Of a DNA stretch of 64,000 bases, positions 29,154 through 41,662 are shown one piece after another. Source of the DNA: Adineta vaga (taxonomy: Eukaryota; Animalia; Rotifera); contig CP075497.1 in assembly GCA_021613535.1 (NCBI GenBank), positions 3,906,001 to 3,970,000 on the forward strand. The letters are read 5' to 3'. The notes beneath the pieces are model-generated. The model was not told the origin of the DNA and did not search any database. It saw only the letters and a program-made list of their open reading frames with translations. Made by a program: the position numbers and the translations under genes. How positions within the stretch are numbered: position 1 is the stretch's first letter; every line of letters begins with the position of its first letter.

Positions 29154-29572
29154 ATGCTTTGTCCAAGATGTGGAAGATTTTTACTGGCACGCGAAGGTAT
29201 TCTTCAAGCTGGTCGTAAGTACCATCGAGATTGTTGGAATTGTGGTGAGTTAATTACTGAATAATGTATTTCAGAAACAATAGTCATGCTTTGCTTTGTT
29301 ACTATTATTGACATTTAGCACAATGCTCAGCTCCATTGACTTCCTGGGTTCGTCAACAACCAATCAGTGATGAATATCTTTGTAATATTTGTCATATTAG
29401 AAAGAATGGTTTAAAAGAAGGAATGCTTTTTGCTACTTGGAAAAAGCAAACAAATTCAAGTTCATCTTTTAATACACAGTAAAGTTTTTATTTTATGTTT
29501 TTCTCTTAAAACTATTTTCTTTGGACGTTATTTAGATCATCAACATTATCTGACGATATTCTACTTATATAA
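29154..29572 (+). CDS. Small single-LIM-domain protein (CRIP-like), 3 exons
   Basis: MLCPRC..(17)..HRDCWNC|AQC..(18)..CNIC matches LIM zinc-ligand spacing. Introns 29245-29318 and ~29480-29535. Absent from the ORF track. Confidence 0.75.
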
Positions 29573-31037
29573 ATAAAATGTGATTATATATGTGTATATT
29601 GAAATAGAATGATATGACAATTATTTGACGAACGCTTTTTCATATATATCATAATCTTTTTATTTTGTTAAATTAGAAATCTTTCGATGAAATGAAATTG
29701 ATTGGTGATGTATGTGTATCGATAAAGATCCAAATTTATCATCTCATTAGTATTACTCTTTTTATCTCTGTTCAACAAATATCTATGTATAAAACTGATC
29801 TCAATGCCAATGACACAGCAAACGTATTAGCTATGAATGTATATCTATGCTTTGCCATATCCAATAATATATATATATAGTGATGCCGCTAACTATGATG
29901 AAACAAATTCAATTATTTGATACATAATTGCTTTGACCCATAGAAGTATATAATACAATCTAAGATATGCTGTTGATTTGTGACGAAATAACATGCATAT
30001 TATTGATTCATGAAGTATGATTTCTTCTAAACTTGAAAAAAAAACCGTCTATCGAGAACATTCGATGGTTATTACAATAGAAAGAAAAGAATTATGCCAT
30101 AGAAATGAAGTTACCGTTATCTTCTTCTTGCAATTCTTATCGAAAAATGCTGAAATTCGTTTAGACTACACAATATGATTGAAAGTATGACTACTCGATT
30201 GTGCAATAGTTTCTTCGACAGCAGTAGTATAAATAGGTACGAAAAAGATTGTATCATTACAATACTCAAAAGTAACTACACGGTTGATTGTCACAACTCC
30301 GTCGTTGTTAGTACTTTAGCTTATTTTCAAAATTCTTCGTAGTCTGAAGACTTTTTTACAGTCTTCTCAAACGCTTTCCGGTCTTCGGGTGGTACGTTCC
30401 AACACATGATGAATGTGGGGAAGCCCGGCTTTCTTCTATCGAAAGATGAAGCTAACGGGCCCCACGATTTCTATCACTGGAGGCCCTTCTCTCAAGTATA
30501 TCTATCAGTCAACACGATTATATAGATGTGTGTTTGATCGAAGACATTACTTGATGTTAGAGGTTCCAGTTTATCCGGCGAACATCATGATAACTCAAAT
30601 TATAAATCTGATCTTTTCTGTTTTTAAAAGAAGTATATCTATCATTTTTCGTTTATACATTTTAGGTATGATAGTATCAAGATCAAGAAATGGGAAATTA
30701 TTCGAAAAAATAATAATATGTACCCACACTTCAGTAATTGATCCAATAGTAAGGTGAAAGTACAAAAAGTGATTTCCCATAAAACTTGACTGAATGGTGT
30801 CTGAAGTAGAGAAATTCAAATCTGATGTTAGTTTTTTTCAAAATTTTATAAATGAATCGTTTGGTAATATGATTACTATGTGAAAGAGCTGAATGAGTCA
30901 TCGGATGAACGTTACTTGTCTAAATAAAATATCTTAATGGATTTGAAATAAAGAATAAATTTTTATTGTTAAAAATTTTGAAAAAAAAAGATAAAGATAA
31001 ATTAGAAGAGGAATAGTTTCTCTTTAATGATGATACA

Positions 31038-32928
31038 TTATTTAGATGTATTGATTGTTTCGAGATAAGATCTCCATCCACCCAAATCTGTTATATCCTG
31101 TGCAGTATCCAGAGCTGATGATTCAACTAGAAAACCTTTGACAATTTGTTCATCTTCAAGATAAATATTTCCAATCGAAAGTGGTGATGAAATTAAATGA
31201 ATAAAACTTGCTACATGTTCATTTGGAAGTGCCGATATTTCTAGTTCAATACCGGGTCCTTGACTACCAATCTTACGTATTAAACCGGGTTTAGCTGGTG
31301 TCGTATTTTCAAGGGCATATAGACGATATTCATGATGAGTACGACATGTACGAATAAGTCGACCATTTCGTTCAGTTAATTGATAATTCAATGGTTGACC
31401 GGATAAATGAGCACGGATAACAGCTATATGAAAACAATTCGATGATATACTACTATTCTGATTTGGTAGTAATCTTGGTGTATTTGATAATAGACGTTTT
31501 GAACCACCGATGTTAATTGAAAATAAACGATGAATACGATCTCCGTAAGAGAAGGGCATTATCTGTAAATGCATGACTAATTAAAGTAACACCAAATGGT
31601 AATCCATCTGAACGTATACCAGCAGGTATAGCAATTGCAGCAAGATCAAGTAAATTAACAGAATTTGTATAATATCCAAGATGACTATTATATTCAATAG
31701 GTGTACCATTGATTTCATCAATTGTGTAGGCTCGAGGTGCCGTTGGAACTAACATAACATCGAAATTCTTCCATAACTTATCTACTTGTTTCTTTAATCG
31801 TTCAAGTTCGTAAAGACCATTGAATGCATCGACTGCTGTATACTTCTTTGCGTTGGAAATAATTTTATAGACGGTTGGATCTGTATGCGCTTCATGTTCA
31901 TCAATAAATTGTCCAACAGCAGCGTATCGTTCGGCTACCCATGGGCCTTTGTAAAGTAAGGCAGCAACATTGAGAAATGGTGTAAAATCAAATTCAATTG
32001 CTTGACCATTTAAATCACGTTGAATAGTATCAATGATGTTTTGAAATAATTTAGGATTTTCCATATCACCAAAGAATTCACGTGTTTTAATTGTTGGAAT
32101 ACCAAATCGAAACGTTGACGAACTGATCCAAGGTGTTGCACCTAATGAAGATGACATTTGACAAGAATATGGATCTAATTCATCAAAATCACAAGTAACG
32201 GAGAAGATAATGGCAGCATCCGATGCTGTTTCTGCAAAGACAAAAATACAATCGAGACTACGACAAGCAGGTATAACACCGCGTGTACTAAGAAGTCCTC
32301 GAGTGGGTTTCAGTCCAATGACATTATTGAACATTGCAGGAACTCGACCAGATCCAGCCGTATCAGTTCCTAATGCAAATGTTACCTATTTTTATTGAAA
32401 TTTTTCAAAGTAATTTAATTTTTAAAGCGAAATAGTACTTACTAAACCACTTGCTACAACGACTGCAGAACCCAAACTTGAACCTCCGGAAATATAGTTT
32501 TCATTGAATACACTTGCGCAAGCACCATATGGTGTCCTTGTACCGACTAAACCTGTTGCAAATTGATCCATATTAGTTTTACCAATAAGAATTCCACCTG
32601 CTTGCTCAAGTTTTTCAACGACCGGAGCATTTTCAGTTGCTGTTTCACAAGCAAATGCTGGGCATCCAGCGGTCGTAGGTAAATTAACTACATTTACATT
32701 GTCTTTTACTGCGAATGGAATACCATACAGTCGAAATTTAGAACGATCTTCCGTTGGTATAGTCAACAATTGTTTCACTCGTTTCATAACATTTTCTCGA
32801 GATATAATTGAAATCCATATGAGATTCATATTTTCTTTTTCTATACGATCGTAAAGAGAATTAATCGTATTCAAAAGACCATTTTGATCACTTGAATAAA
32901 GATTATGAAGTTCGTTGATATCTGGCAT
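31038..32928 (-). pseudogene. atzF: Allophanate hydrolase (AtzF / amidase half of DUR1,2), one intron, frameshifted
   Basis: Amidase signature LYGIPFAVKDN, GKTNMDQFATGLVGTR, GGSSLGS and GTDTAGSGRVPA, plus LYKGPWVAER and C-domain AHLSGQPLN..GGWRSY. Intron 32442-32386 (GTAAGT..TAG). Frameshift near 31549 (ALL then YGDRIHR in another frame). Confidence 0.9.
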
Positions 32929-33377
32929 TGATATTTGTTAATTCTAAAACTAATTCTCATTCAGATGAAAATATATCGAAATTAGACAAGTTCCACGTAT
33001 CATAGTCGTACACACCTTGCAAAACTATATAACAGATTCTTTGAAATATGATAATGTCCACGTACTAATCAGCTCAAATACCTTTCTAATATTTTAGAGT
33101 AGATAGGAAGAAAAATATTTTTACTTCTTCTCTAAAAGATGGTGATTATGCGATTAGTATTGTGATGTGGATTATTAGACGCCCATCTAACATTTGTTTG
33201 AAAAAAACAATAGGGTGAAGTTTTGTAAACAAAAGTGAGGAGAGATAGTTTTTGATGTTCGAAATAACCTTGTCACATAAATGGTTGACGAGATAAATTT
33301 TGTGAAGACATATATATATATATACGCACACATATCCTTCCAATTGGTAAATAATTCGTTTGAATATCACAGATAAA

Positions 33378-36300
33378 ATGACAAACTGTGTCCCAAAAAA
33401 TGATCCTTTATTCAAATCGATACTTATTACCAATCGTGGTGAAATTGCAGTACGTGTTGCTCGTACTTTACGTAATCTTGGCATTGAAAGTATTGCAATC
33501 TATTCAGAAGTTGATCGTAATTCTGGTCATGTTATTGCAGCTGATCGTGGTATTGAATTGAAAGGTGCTTCGTCAAGCGAAATTTATTTACGTAATGATT
33601 TAATTATTGAAGCAGCAAAAGTACAAAAAGCTCAAGCTATTTTTCCAGGTTATGGATTTTTATTAGAAAACGAAGATTTTGCTCGTGAATGTGAATCTGC
33701 TGGTCTTTGTTTTATTGGTCCTACTCCAGAACAAATTCATCGACTTGGTCTTAAACATATTGCTTATGAACTAGCAGCTGATGCTAATCTACCACTTTTA
33801 CCTCATACAGGTCTTCTGTCTGGTTTGGACGAAGCTAAGAAAGAAGCATCTACTATTGGATATCCAATTATGTTGAAAAGTACAGCAGGTTCCGGTGGTA
33901 ATGCTATAACACGATGTTCAACTGAACAAGAATTAATCATTGCTTTTGAAAAAGTACGTCGTGCAGCAGTTAAATTCTTAAAAAATGATGGTATTTATAT
34001 GGAACGCTGCATTGAAGATGCTCGTCATATTGAAGTACAAATATTTGGCGATGGTCATGGTCATATTGAAGCAATTAGTGAACGAGATTGTTCTTTACAA
34101 CGTCGTAATCAAAAAATAGTCGAAGAAGCACCACCACCTAATCTATCCGATGATACACGTGCTCGTCTTCGAGATTCAGCTATTCGACTTGGTTCTCTAG
34201 TCAAATATCGTTCGGCTGGTACTGTTGAATTTATTTATGATAGAACTTCAAATGAATTCTACTTTCTCGAAGTGAATTGTCGTTTACAGGTAGTATATGT
34301 TACATTTTATACTGCTATTATTATTATTCCTCTTATAATAGGTAGAACATCCGGTTACTGAAACTATTTTTAGTATTGATCTTGTTGAATGGATGATTAA
34401 ATTAGCAGCTGATCAACCGCCAGATACTTTGTATAATTTACCATCACCAACAGGTGCCTAGATCGAAGTTCGAATCTGTAGTGAAAATCCTTTGCATGAC
34501 TTTCGCTCATCTTCTGGTACACTTCATGAAGTAACATTTCCAAATAATATTCGTGTAGATACATGGATCACAAATGGTAGAGAAGTGTCACGTTATTATG
34601 ATTCTTTATTAGCTAAAGTCATTGTACATGGTAAAAATCGTCAAGAAGCTATTGAACAAATGTGTCATGCTCTCGAACAAACTTGTTTTATTGGTATTGC
34701 AACAAATCTTGATTTTCTTCGTCAAGTCATTGGCTCATCGATATTTACTAGTGGTGATGTTTCTCTCAAAGTTTTAACAGATTGTTTTAAATATAAACCT
34801 AATGCTATAGAAGTATTAGAAGCAGGTACCTATACAACTATTTAAGATTGTCCTGGTCGTGTTGGTTACTGGAATATCGGTGTACCGCCATCAGGTCCTA
34901 TGGATGACTATGCATTCCGTCTTGCTAATCGTTTAGTTGGTAATAGCGAAAATGCTGCTGGACTTGAATGTACATTTATTGGACCTGTATTACAATTTCA
35001 TCAATCAACAACGATCGCTATTACAGGTGCAACAATGAATGCAACGCTTGATGATATTTCTCTTGAATTATGGAAACCAATATATGTTGAAAGTGGACAA
35101 ATATTACGACTAGGACGAGCTACAATTGGCTGTCGTACTTATATTGCTATTCATGGTGGTTTCAATGTTCCAGTCTATCTTGGTAGTCGTGCTACTTTTG
35201 TTCTTGGAAAATTTGGCGGTTATGCTGGTCGAATATTAACTTTAGGTGATATATTATTTATTGATACATGTATTGTTGATAAAGTTCCATCTGTTGTATC
35301 AAATGATATTATTCCACACTATCCAACTGATGGTCAAGAATGGCAAGTTTCTGTTTTATATGGACCTCATGGTGCACCAGACTTCTTTACTTCTGATTAT
35401 ATTCAAACATTTTTTGCTACTTCATGGCAAGTTCATTATAATTCAAATCGTCTTGGTATACGTTTACTAGGACTAAAACCAACTTGGTCTCGTACAAATG
35501 GTGGTGATGCAGGTTTACATCCTTCCAACCTTCATGATTGTGAATATGCTATTGGTAGTATTAACTTTACTGGAGATACACCAGTTATTCTTACACAAGA
35601 TGGACCAAGTTTAGGTGGATGTGTTTGCCCACTTACTATTGTTAAAGGAGAACTCTGGAAAATTGGTCAAGTTAAACCAAATGATCGTATTCATTTTCAT
35701 CCAATCACATTTGATCAAGCACTAACAATAGAACAAAATCAAGATAGTTTAATATCTACATTAATACCATCACCCTCAATTTCTTCTATTTCACCAATAA
35801 ATCAAACGTTTGAATGTATTCTTGGTGCATTAAGTGCCACAAACACACGACCACGTGTTCTTTATCGTCAAGCAGGTGATCATTATATTCTTATTGAATA
35901 TGGTTCAATGAATCTCGATATACATAATCGATTTCGTGTTCATTTTCTTATGGAAGAATTAGAAAAACATCATCTAATTGAAGGAATTTTAGAATTATCA
36001 CCAGGTGTTCGTTCACTTCAAATAAAATATGATAGTCGAATAATTCATCAACAAAAACTAATGAAGGAATTACTTGCTACTGAAGATCGTTTACCATCTG
36101 ATTATCATGGTTTACGTGTCAAAAGTCGTATTGTATATTTACCCCTTACTTTCGAAGATTCAGCTACACTTGATGCTGTCAAACGGTATCAAGAAACGGT
36201 CAAGGAATCAGCACCTTGGCTACCAAATGATGTTGATTTCATTCAACGCACCAATGAACTTTCTTCTCGAGATGATGTACGGAAAATTGTTTTCTATGCT

Positions 36301-37080
36301 TCCTATCTAGTTCTTGGCCTTGGGGATGTTTATCCTGGTGCACCATGTGCAATACCAATTGATCCACGCCATCGTCTCGTTACATTAAAATATAATCCAG
36401 CACGTACATTCACAGCTGAAGATACTGTTGGTATTGGTGGTGTTTATATGCGTATTTATGGTATGGATTCAGCCGGTGGTTATCAATTGATTGGTCGTTC
36501 TTTACCGATATGGAATACATTTATTTGTAATAATGCATTTAAAGACGGAAATCCATGGCTTTTGAGATTTTTTGATCAAGTTCGATTTTATCCTGTTGAT
36601 GAAAAAGAACTTTTAATTCAACGATAAGCGTTTCGTGATGGACATTTACAAATACGTATCATTGAAGATAATGAATTTGATTTAAGTGAATATGATGAAT
36701 TTCTTAAACGTGAATCAGAAAGTATTACGGATTTTATTAAGAAACGCGGTGCCGCTTTTGATGAAGAAGTTTCACATTGGCAAAAAGATATTGAAGAAAA
36801 AGATGATTATTTAGACAGTAATCATGATATTCATGAAATAGAAGAAGAAATTGATGAAAAAGTAACATTAATTCGTGCTGATGTTTGTGGCAGTGTATGG
36901 AAATTATTAGTGAAACAAAATGATGTTGTCGAAGCGAATACACCTGTTGTTATTCTTGAAGCCATGAAAATGGAACTAGTTCTTCGTTCTCCTATTGTTG
37001 GTAGAATTACATCTATTCTATGTCATGTTGGACAACTTGTTTCTACAAATGAAGTTCTTCTGAAAATTGAATCTGTTTAA
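33378..37080 (+). pseudogene. uca: Urea carboxylase (biotin carboxylase + carboxyltransferase + biotin carrier), one intron, three in-frame stops
   Basis: ITNRGEIA, PGYGF, ERDCSLQRRNQK and RLQ|VEHPVTE (intron 34290-34341); HPSNLHD..GSINFTGD, KYNPART and biotinylation motif EAMKME. In-frame stops TAG 34459-61, TAA 34843-45 and TAA 36625-27; terminal TAA 37078-80. Confidence 0.92.
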
Positions 37081-37301
37081 GTTTTTAATATTTCCTTGCA
37101 ACAAAATAAAAATTATTTTTTCATGAGAAATCGTTTGAATCAATCTTCAGTTTAATTGAATGTTCAATTGTTTCTAGTGACATCTAGATTAGCCGCACAA
37201 TACCATTGCAGAGTTGTCGAGAATATGACTCAGAGTATACATCAATCAGAAAATCTTCTTTTTTTTGTAATCACACACATTTCTTGTGTAAGCAAAGTAC
37301 G

Positions 37302-38039
37302 ATGAATCAACTATTACGTTTTCGTTCGATAGTTTCATTTTTAAATCGAACACCAATTCGTCCCTTTCATTTATCTTCTACACGATCAATTGAATGGGCT
37401 GATATTGATGAATATACGAATAAAGTGAACAATTCAGTTTTCTTAACAACTGATGTTTATGAAAAAGATGGTAATATAATCATTTGTTTTCATTTCTCTA
37501 ATACATAATTTTTCGATTTTTCAATAGATGAATGGATTCAATTTGAAGCTCGTCAAAATGAACGACTGCGTAAAAGACGTGAAGAATTTCTTCTTGGTCC
37601 ACCAAAACGTAAATCTGTTTCATCAACCAACAAAGATTCAAAAACATGTCCATCAGCAGGAAAATTTACTCGAATGGAACCGGATGTTAAATATGATCCC
37701 GATGATGATCGACCAAGACAAATGGATGATCCATATTTACCATCACCACATAAATGTGTCTTTTGTGAAAACAATCTGAAAATTGATTTTCGTAATACCG
37801 AATTACTTAGTCAATTTATTTCTCCTCAAACTGGTTTTGTTTTCAATCAACGTACGACTGGTTTATGTTATTTCAAACAAGTTGAACTTGAAAAAGCTAT
37901 TCTCAAAGCTCGTCGTTTTCATCTCATGCCATATAAATGGAAAGAAACCGTTTATTTAGATGATCCACGTTTGTTTAATCCCTATGATAACAATATGAAG
38001 AAAGTGATTAGCGAAGAAAAAGAAAAATTTGGACATTAA
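37302..38039 (+). CDS. MRPS18C: Mitochondrial ribosomal protein S18 (bS18m, S18C-like)
   Basis: Arg-rich mitochondrial presequence MNQLLRFRSIVSF. Intron 37471-37527. S18 core KCVFC..IDFRNTELLSQFISPQTG..TGLC..Q..KAILKAR..LMP. Confidence 0.85.
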
Positions 38040-38116
38040 AAACAACTGATGTTTTCTATCTAGTAAAATAAATCGTTTGTTTTTTGTTTCAGATTACATT
38101 TCAATATCGATGTTCA

Positions 38117-39114
38117 ATGACAGATTCAACAAAGTAAAATGAGTTTTTATTTTTATTTATCTACTTTAAAATCATTCTTCTCTTGATTTTCTAGTCCTTC
38201 CGCAAATTCTTCATCAAAAAAAGATTCTTTATTCTGGGGTAAAATAGTTGCCACACAATATCTCATTCGACATCCATTTTGGAAAAGCTTCTCCTTACCT
38301 ATCATTATTGGGCAGATATCAGCAAGTACACAAACAGAGTATGTCTTATCAATCATTATCAACTTTTCATTTGATTTTTATTAATTCCTTTTTTTAGTTA
38401 TACTAGTTCAAATTATCTCATCATTGTATATGTTTTAATTGCATTCCATTTTTTAAGTGGTATCTTCGTTAGTGATCGGAAATTTCGTCATGCACTCGGA
38501 TTCATTCCACATATCATAGCACTTGGTTGTACATCTTATTTATTCTATTCGAATATACTTCAACAATTAACTCCATGGTTAAAAGTAAATTCATCTTTGT
38601 TTTGTTTTTCAGAAAATTGACAACAAAATTCTTTTCTTCTCAGATTCGAATTATTATTCATGCACTTGGTACAATATCTGCCTTTTGTTTTATTGCTAGT
38701 TTACATACCAGTAGTATTTCATTTCGTGCAATCTTACGGCGTTTATCATCTTATTCAAATGTTTTCTATCTTATTGTCAATTCTTATGTTCTCTGGTGGT
38801 CAACTGATGAAACAAATCTATTCGATAATTTTCTTTGGACATTCATTATTCGTTTCCATGCCATTCTATGTTTCCTTGTCTCAGGTGGCTTTTGCTTAGA
38901 TATCTTCATCATTCAATCATGTCAATTAGCAATCTATTTGATTTGTTCAAATCTTGCATTGGATTTCTGTATACTTTATAGAACATTGCAATCGAGTACA
39001 GATTATTGGTTATTAATTGATTATATTGTTGATGATATTGCTGTTCTTTGTGGATGTTTTTATTTGTATCAATTCAATGTACATCAAAAGATTAAATTAA
39101 AGAAAAAAGATTGA
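38117..39114 (+). CDS. Multi-pass membrane protein of unknown function (4 exons)
   Basis: Exons ~38117-38133, ~38195-38338, ~38398-38584 and ~38644-39114 join in frame across GT-AG introns. Several hydrophobic helices; basic C-terminus KIKLKKKD (possible di-lysine ER retrieval signal). Confidence 0.6.
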
Positions 39115-39197
39115 ATTTTCTCTTATTTCTAGTCGAAGACAAAAAGAAATTCTTCTTCTTTCTCTTTTAGATTATTTGAAAAAAAAGGTAATTAATC

Positions 39198-41013
39198 ATG
39201 GGTAAAGACGGTGGTTTTCTAACGCCGAAAGCCATTGGTAATCGAATTAAAGCAAAAGGTTTACAGAAGTTGCGTTGGTATTGTCAATCATGTGAAAAAC
39301 AATGTCGTGACGAAGTAAGTAAATTACCTATTTTCAAATGTGATTGGTTCAAAAATAAAGAAAAAATTCGTTTAGAATGGTTTTAAATGTCATATACAAA
39401 GTGAATCTCATCAACGACAATTATTACTTGTTGGAGAAAATTCTGGCAAACATATCGCCAATTATTCACAGTAACTACAATGAATCTATCTTGATGAATT
39501 TGAACTAAGATTGTCAATTTTCTCTTCTTTTAGTGAATTTCATAGTGGCTTTTTCAGTACATTACGTCGTTCATTCGGCACAAAACGTGTTCTAGCAAAT
39601 ACTGTTTATTGTGAATATATCAAAGAACGTGATCATATTCATATGAATTCAACTCGATGGGTTGCATTAGCTGGATATGTTCGTTGGCTTGGAAGTCAAG
39701 GTAAGATCAAATTAAACGTGAGAATCATTGAAAGACTTCAAATTTCTTTTTTCAGGACTTTGTGAAATTGAACAAACAGAAAGAGGTTGGTATGTAACAT
39801 TGATTGACAAAGATCCTGATTCAGTACGACGTGAAATGGATACTGAACGAAAACAAAAGATGGATCTCGATGATGAACAACGACGACAGAAATTAATTGC
39901 TGAGCAAGTCAGTACATTCGAAAGAGAAATTAACCTTAAAATTTTGTGTATTCGTTTTGATTTAGATTAAAAGAGATCAAGAAAAGGGAATTACACCACC
40001 GGAACCAGTCTATACTGATTTTGTTCGAAAAGATGAAGATGAAAAAGGTATTTTCATGTTAGATTTCAACAAATCATCTAGATCAATATTTATCTCTTCT
40101 TATTCTAGTACAAGTGACATTCAATCAAATTGCTATTGCAGAAAAGAAAAAACTTCTTGCGTAAGATTTTTACATAGTCATTTGTTTTTATTTGTTAATC
40201 TTTTCTTTTTGCTCTGTTTAGACCATCGGTTCTAGCTGGAAGCAGTAAAAAACGTACGACTACGGCAGATGACACTTCTGATGAAGGCAATGGAAAAAAA
40301 CTGAAAATTGAACCTGATGAAGAAAGTAGTGCCACAGAATCGGTGTTTAAAAAGCCACTACCGCCTACCTCAATTAAACCGAAAAAATCGGTATTAGAAG
40401 AATTACGAGAGGTAAGATTTAAATTTTTTTAAATAAATTATTGAAATCAATCTATTTTAGGCGGAAGAAAGAAAGAAAGAAGCAAAAAATCGTAAAGATT
40501 ATTGGTTGCATGAGGTTTGAATTGCCGATCATTTCTGTATTGATTATTTTCGTTTGTTTTCTTATATTTAGAATATTGTTGTTAAAATTATCACTTCAAA
40601 ACTTGGTGATAAATGTTACAAGAAGAAAGGTGTTGTTACTAAAGTAGAAAATCGTTATCAAGCTGTGGTAAAAATGTTTGATACTAATGACAAAATTCGT
40701 GTTGATCAAGCTCATGTTGAAACTGTTATTCCAGCTATAGGTAAAGTTATGATTAAGTAACAGTTTTATTTCATATGAATTTTTATTTCTAGGAAAGAAA
40801 GTCTTGGTTGTTAATGGAGCATACCGTGGTGAAGAAGCGACATTAGAAGAAATTCATCAAGACATATTCTCTGTTGATATTACTCTACTAACGGTTCGAT
40901 TTTGATTTGAATTATTTAACTTTTGTTAACAATTGCTTTTTCTTTAGGGATCGATGGTTGGAATGCGATTCAATAATATTGCTTATGAAGATGTTTCTAA
41001 ATTAGCCGATTAA
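39198..41013 (+). CDS. KIN: DNA/RNA-binding protein KIN17
   Basis: MGKDGGFLTPKAIGNRIKAKGLQKLRWYCQSCEKQCRDE|NGFKCH, HIHMNSTRW, C-terminal KOW region RVDQAHVETVIP..VVNGAYRG..YEDVSKLA. Confidence 0.95.
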
Positions 41014-41179
41014 TATCCTTGTATTCGATCTTTTTCGGATTTATTTGCTTGTATGTACAAAGTTTTGAAGATTTGGAAAAATAAATCTATTCATTCAAAA
41101 AATATACTGAATATTATTGTATCATTTCGAGAGAAAACAAGTCGAACTTTTTTTCTAAACTATAGTATGAAAACATCTT

Positions 41180-41652
41180 TGATATAAAATCAATTCTATG
41201 ATTAGTCATCTAATTGAATGGAAAATATATTTCTTTTCAAAATTAATAATTAGTATTCAATACATGTAATTCATTGTCAGTTGAATTTTCATTCGTTGTA
41301 CTCATTCGTTTAGTAAATTCTTTTACATTAATCAAATCACGATTAATATATACTTTCGAAGCTCTTCGATCCTGAATTGTTGATGTTAAATCATTTGCAG
41401 CTAGAACTTGTTCTTCAATAGGTTCAATCATTTTAAAATTAGGCTTTACTGTTAAATTTCGATGAAATAATAAGTGATTTAAACCAGTTTGAGGTGTAGT
41501 TGTTGTATTTCTTGGAATATGTGTTGTATCAATTGCCGCAGTTCCATTTGTTTTATTGCCAAATACAATCATATAGGGTCGACTACGAATCAAACGTTGA
41601 CCAACACGATTAACAAGACTTTTTTGTCTAGCAGTTTGAACTCCATAGATGA
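41180..41652. repeat. Copy A of a 473-bp near-identical direct duplication (3' part of the gene at 45061-46149)
   Basis: Matches 44998-45470 (offset 3818 bp), with 3 substitutions by eye. Confidence 0.95.
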
Positions 41653-41662
41653 CGACTCTCAT
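41243..41662 (-). pseudogene. Truncated duplicate encoding only the cytoplasmic tail (139 aa) of the 45061-46149 membrane protein
   Basis: Identical to the parent C-terminus except 3 aa. The TM-coding segment is replaced by a shorter sequence that contains a new ATG. Confidence 0.7.

Noticed and set aside
34459-36627. Stop-codon readthrough or an alternative genetic code explaining the in-frame stops in urea carboxylase
   Set aside because: The stops appear to replace different residues (likely Ser, Gln, Glu). Neighbouring genes use TAA/TAG as normal terminators, and extra missense decay points to pseudogenisation.
31038-37080. Bacterial contaminant sequence
   Set aside because: Both genes carry GT-AG introns at positions that restore conserved motifs, base composition resembles the host, and the block is contiguous with metazoan genes. 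Read-level confirmation is still needed.
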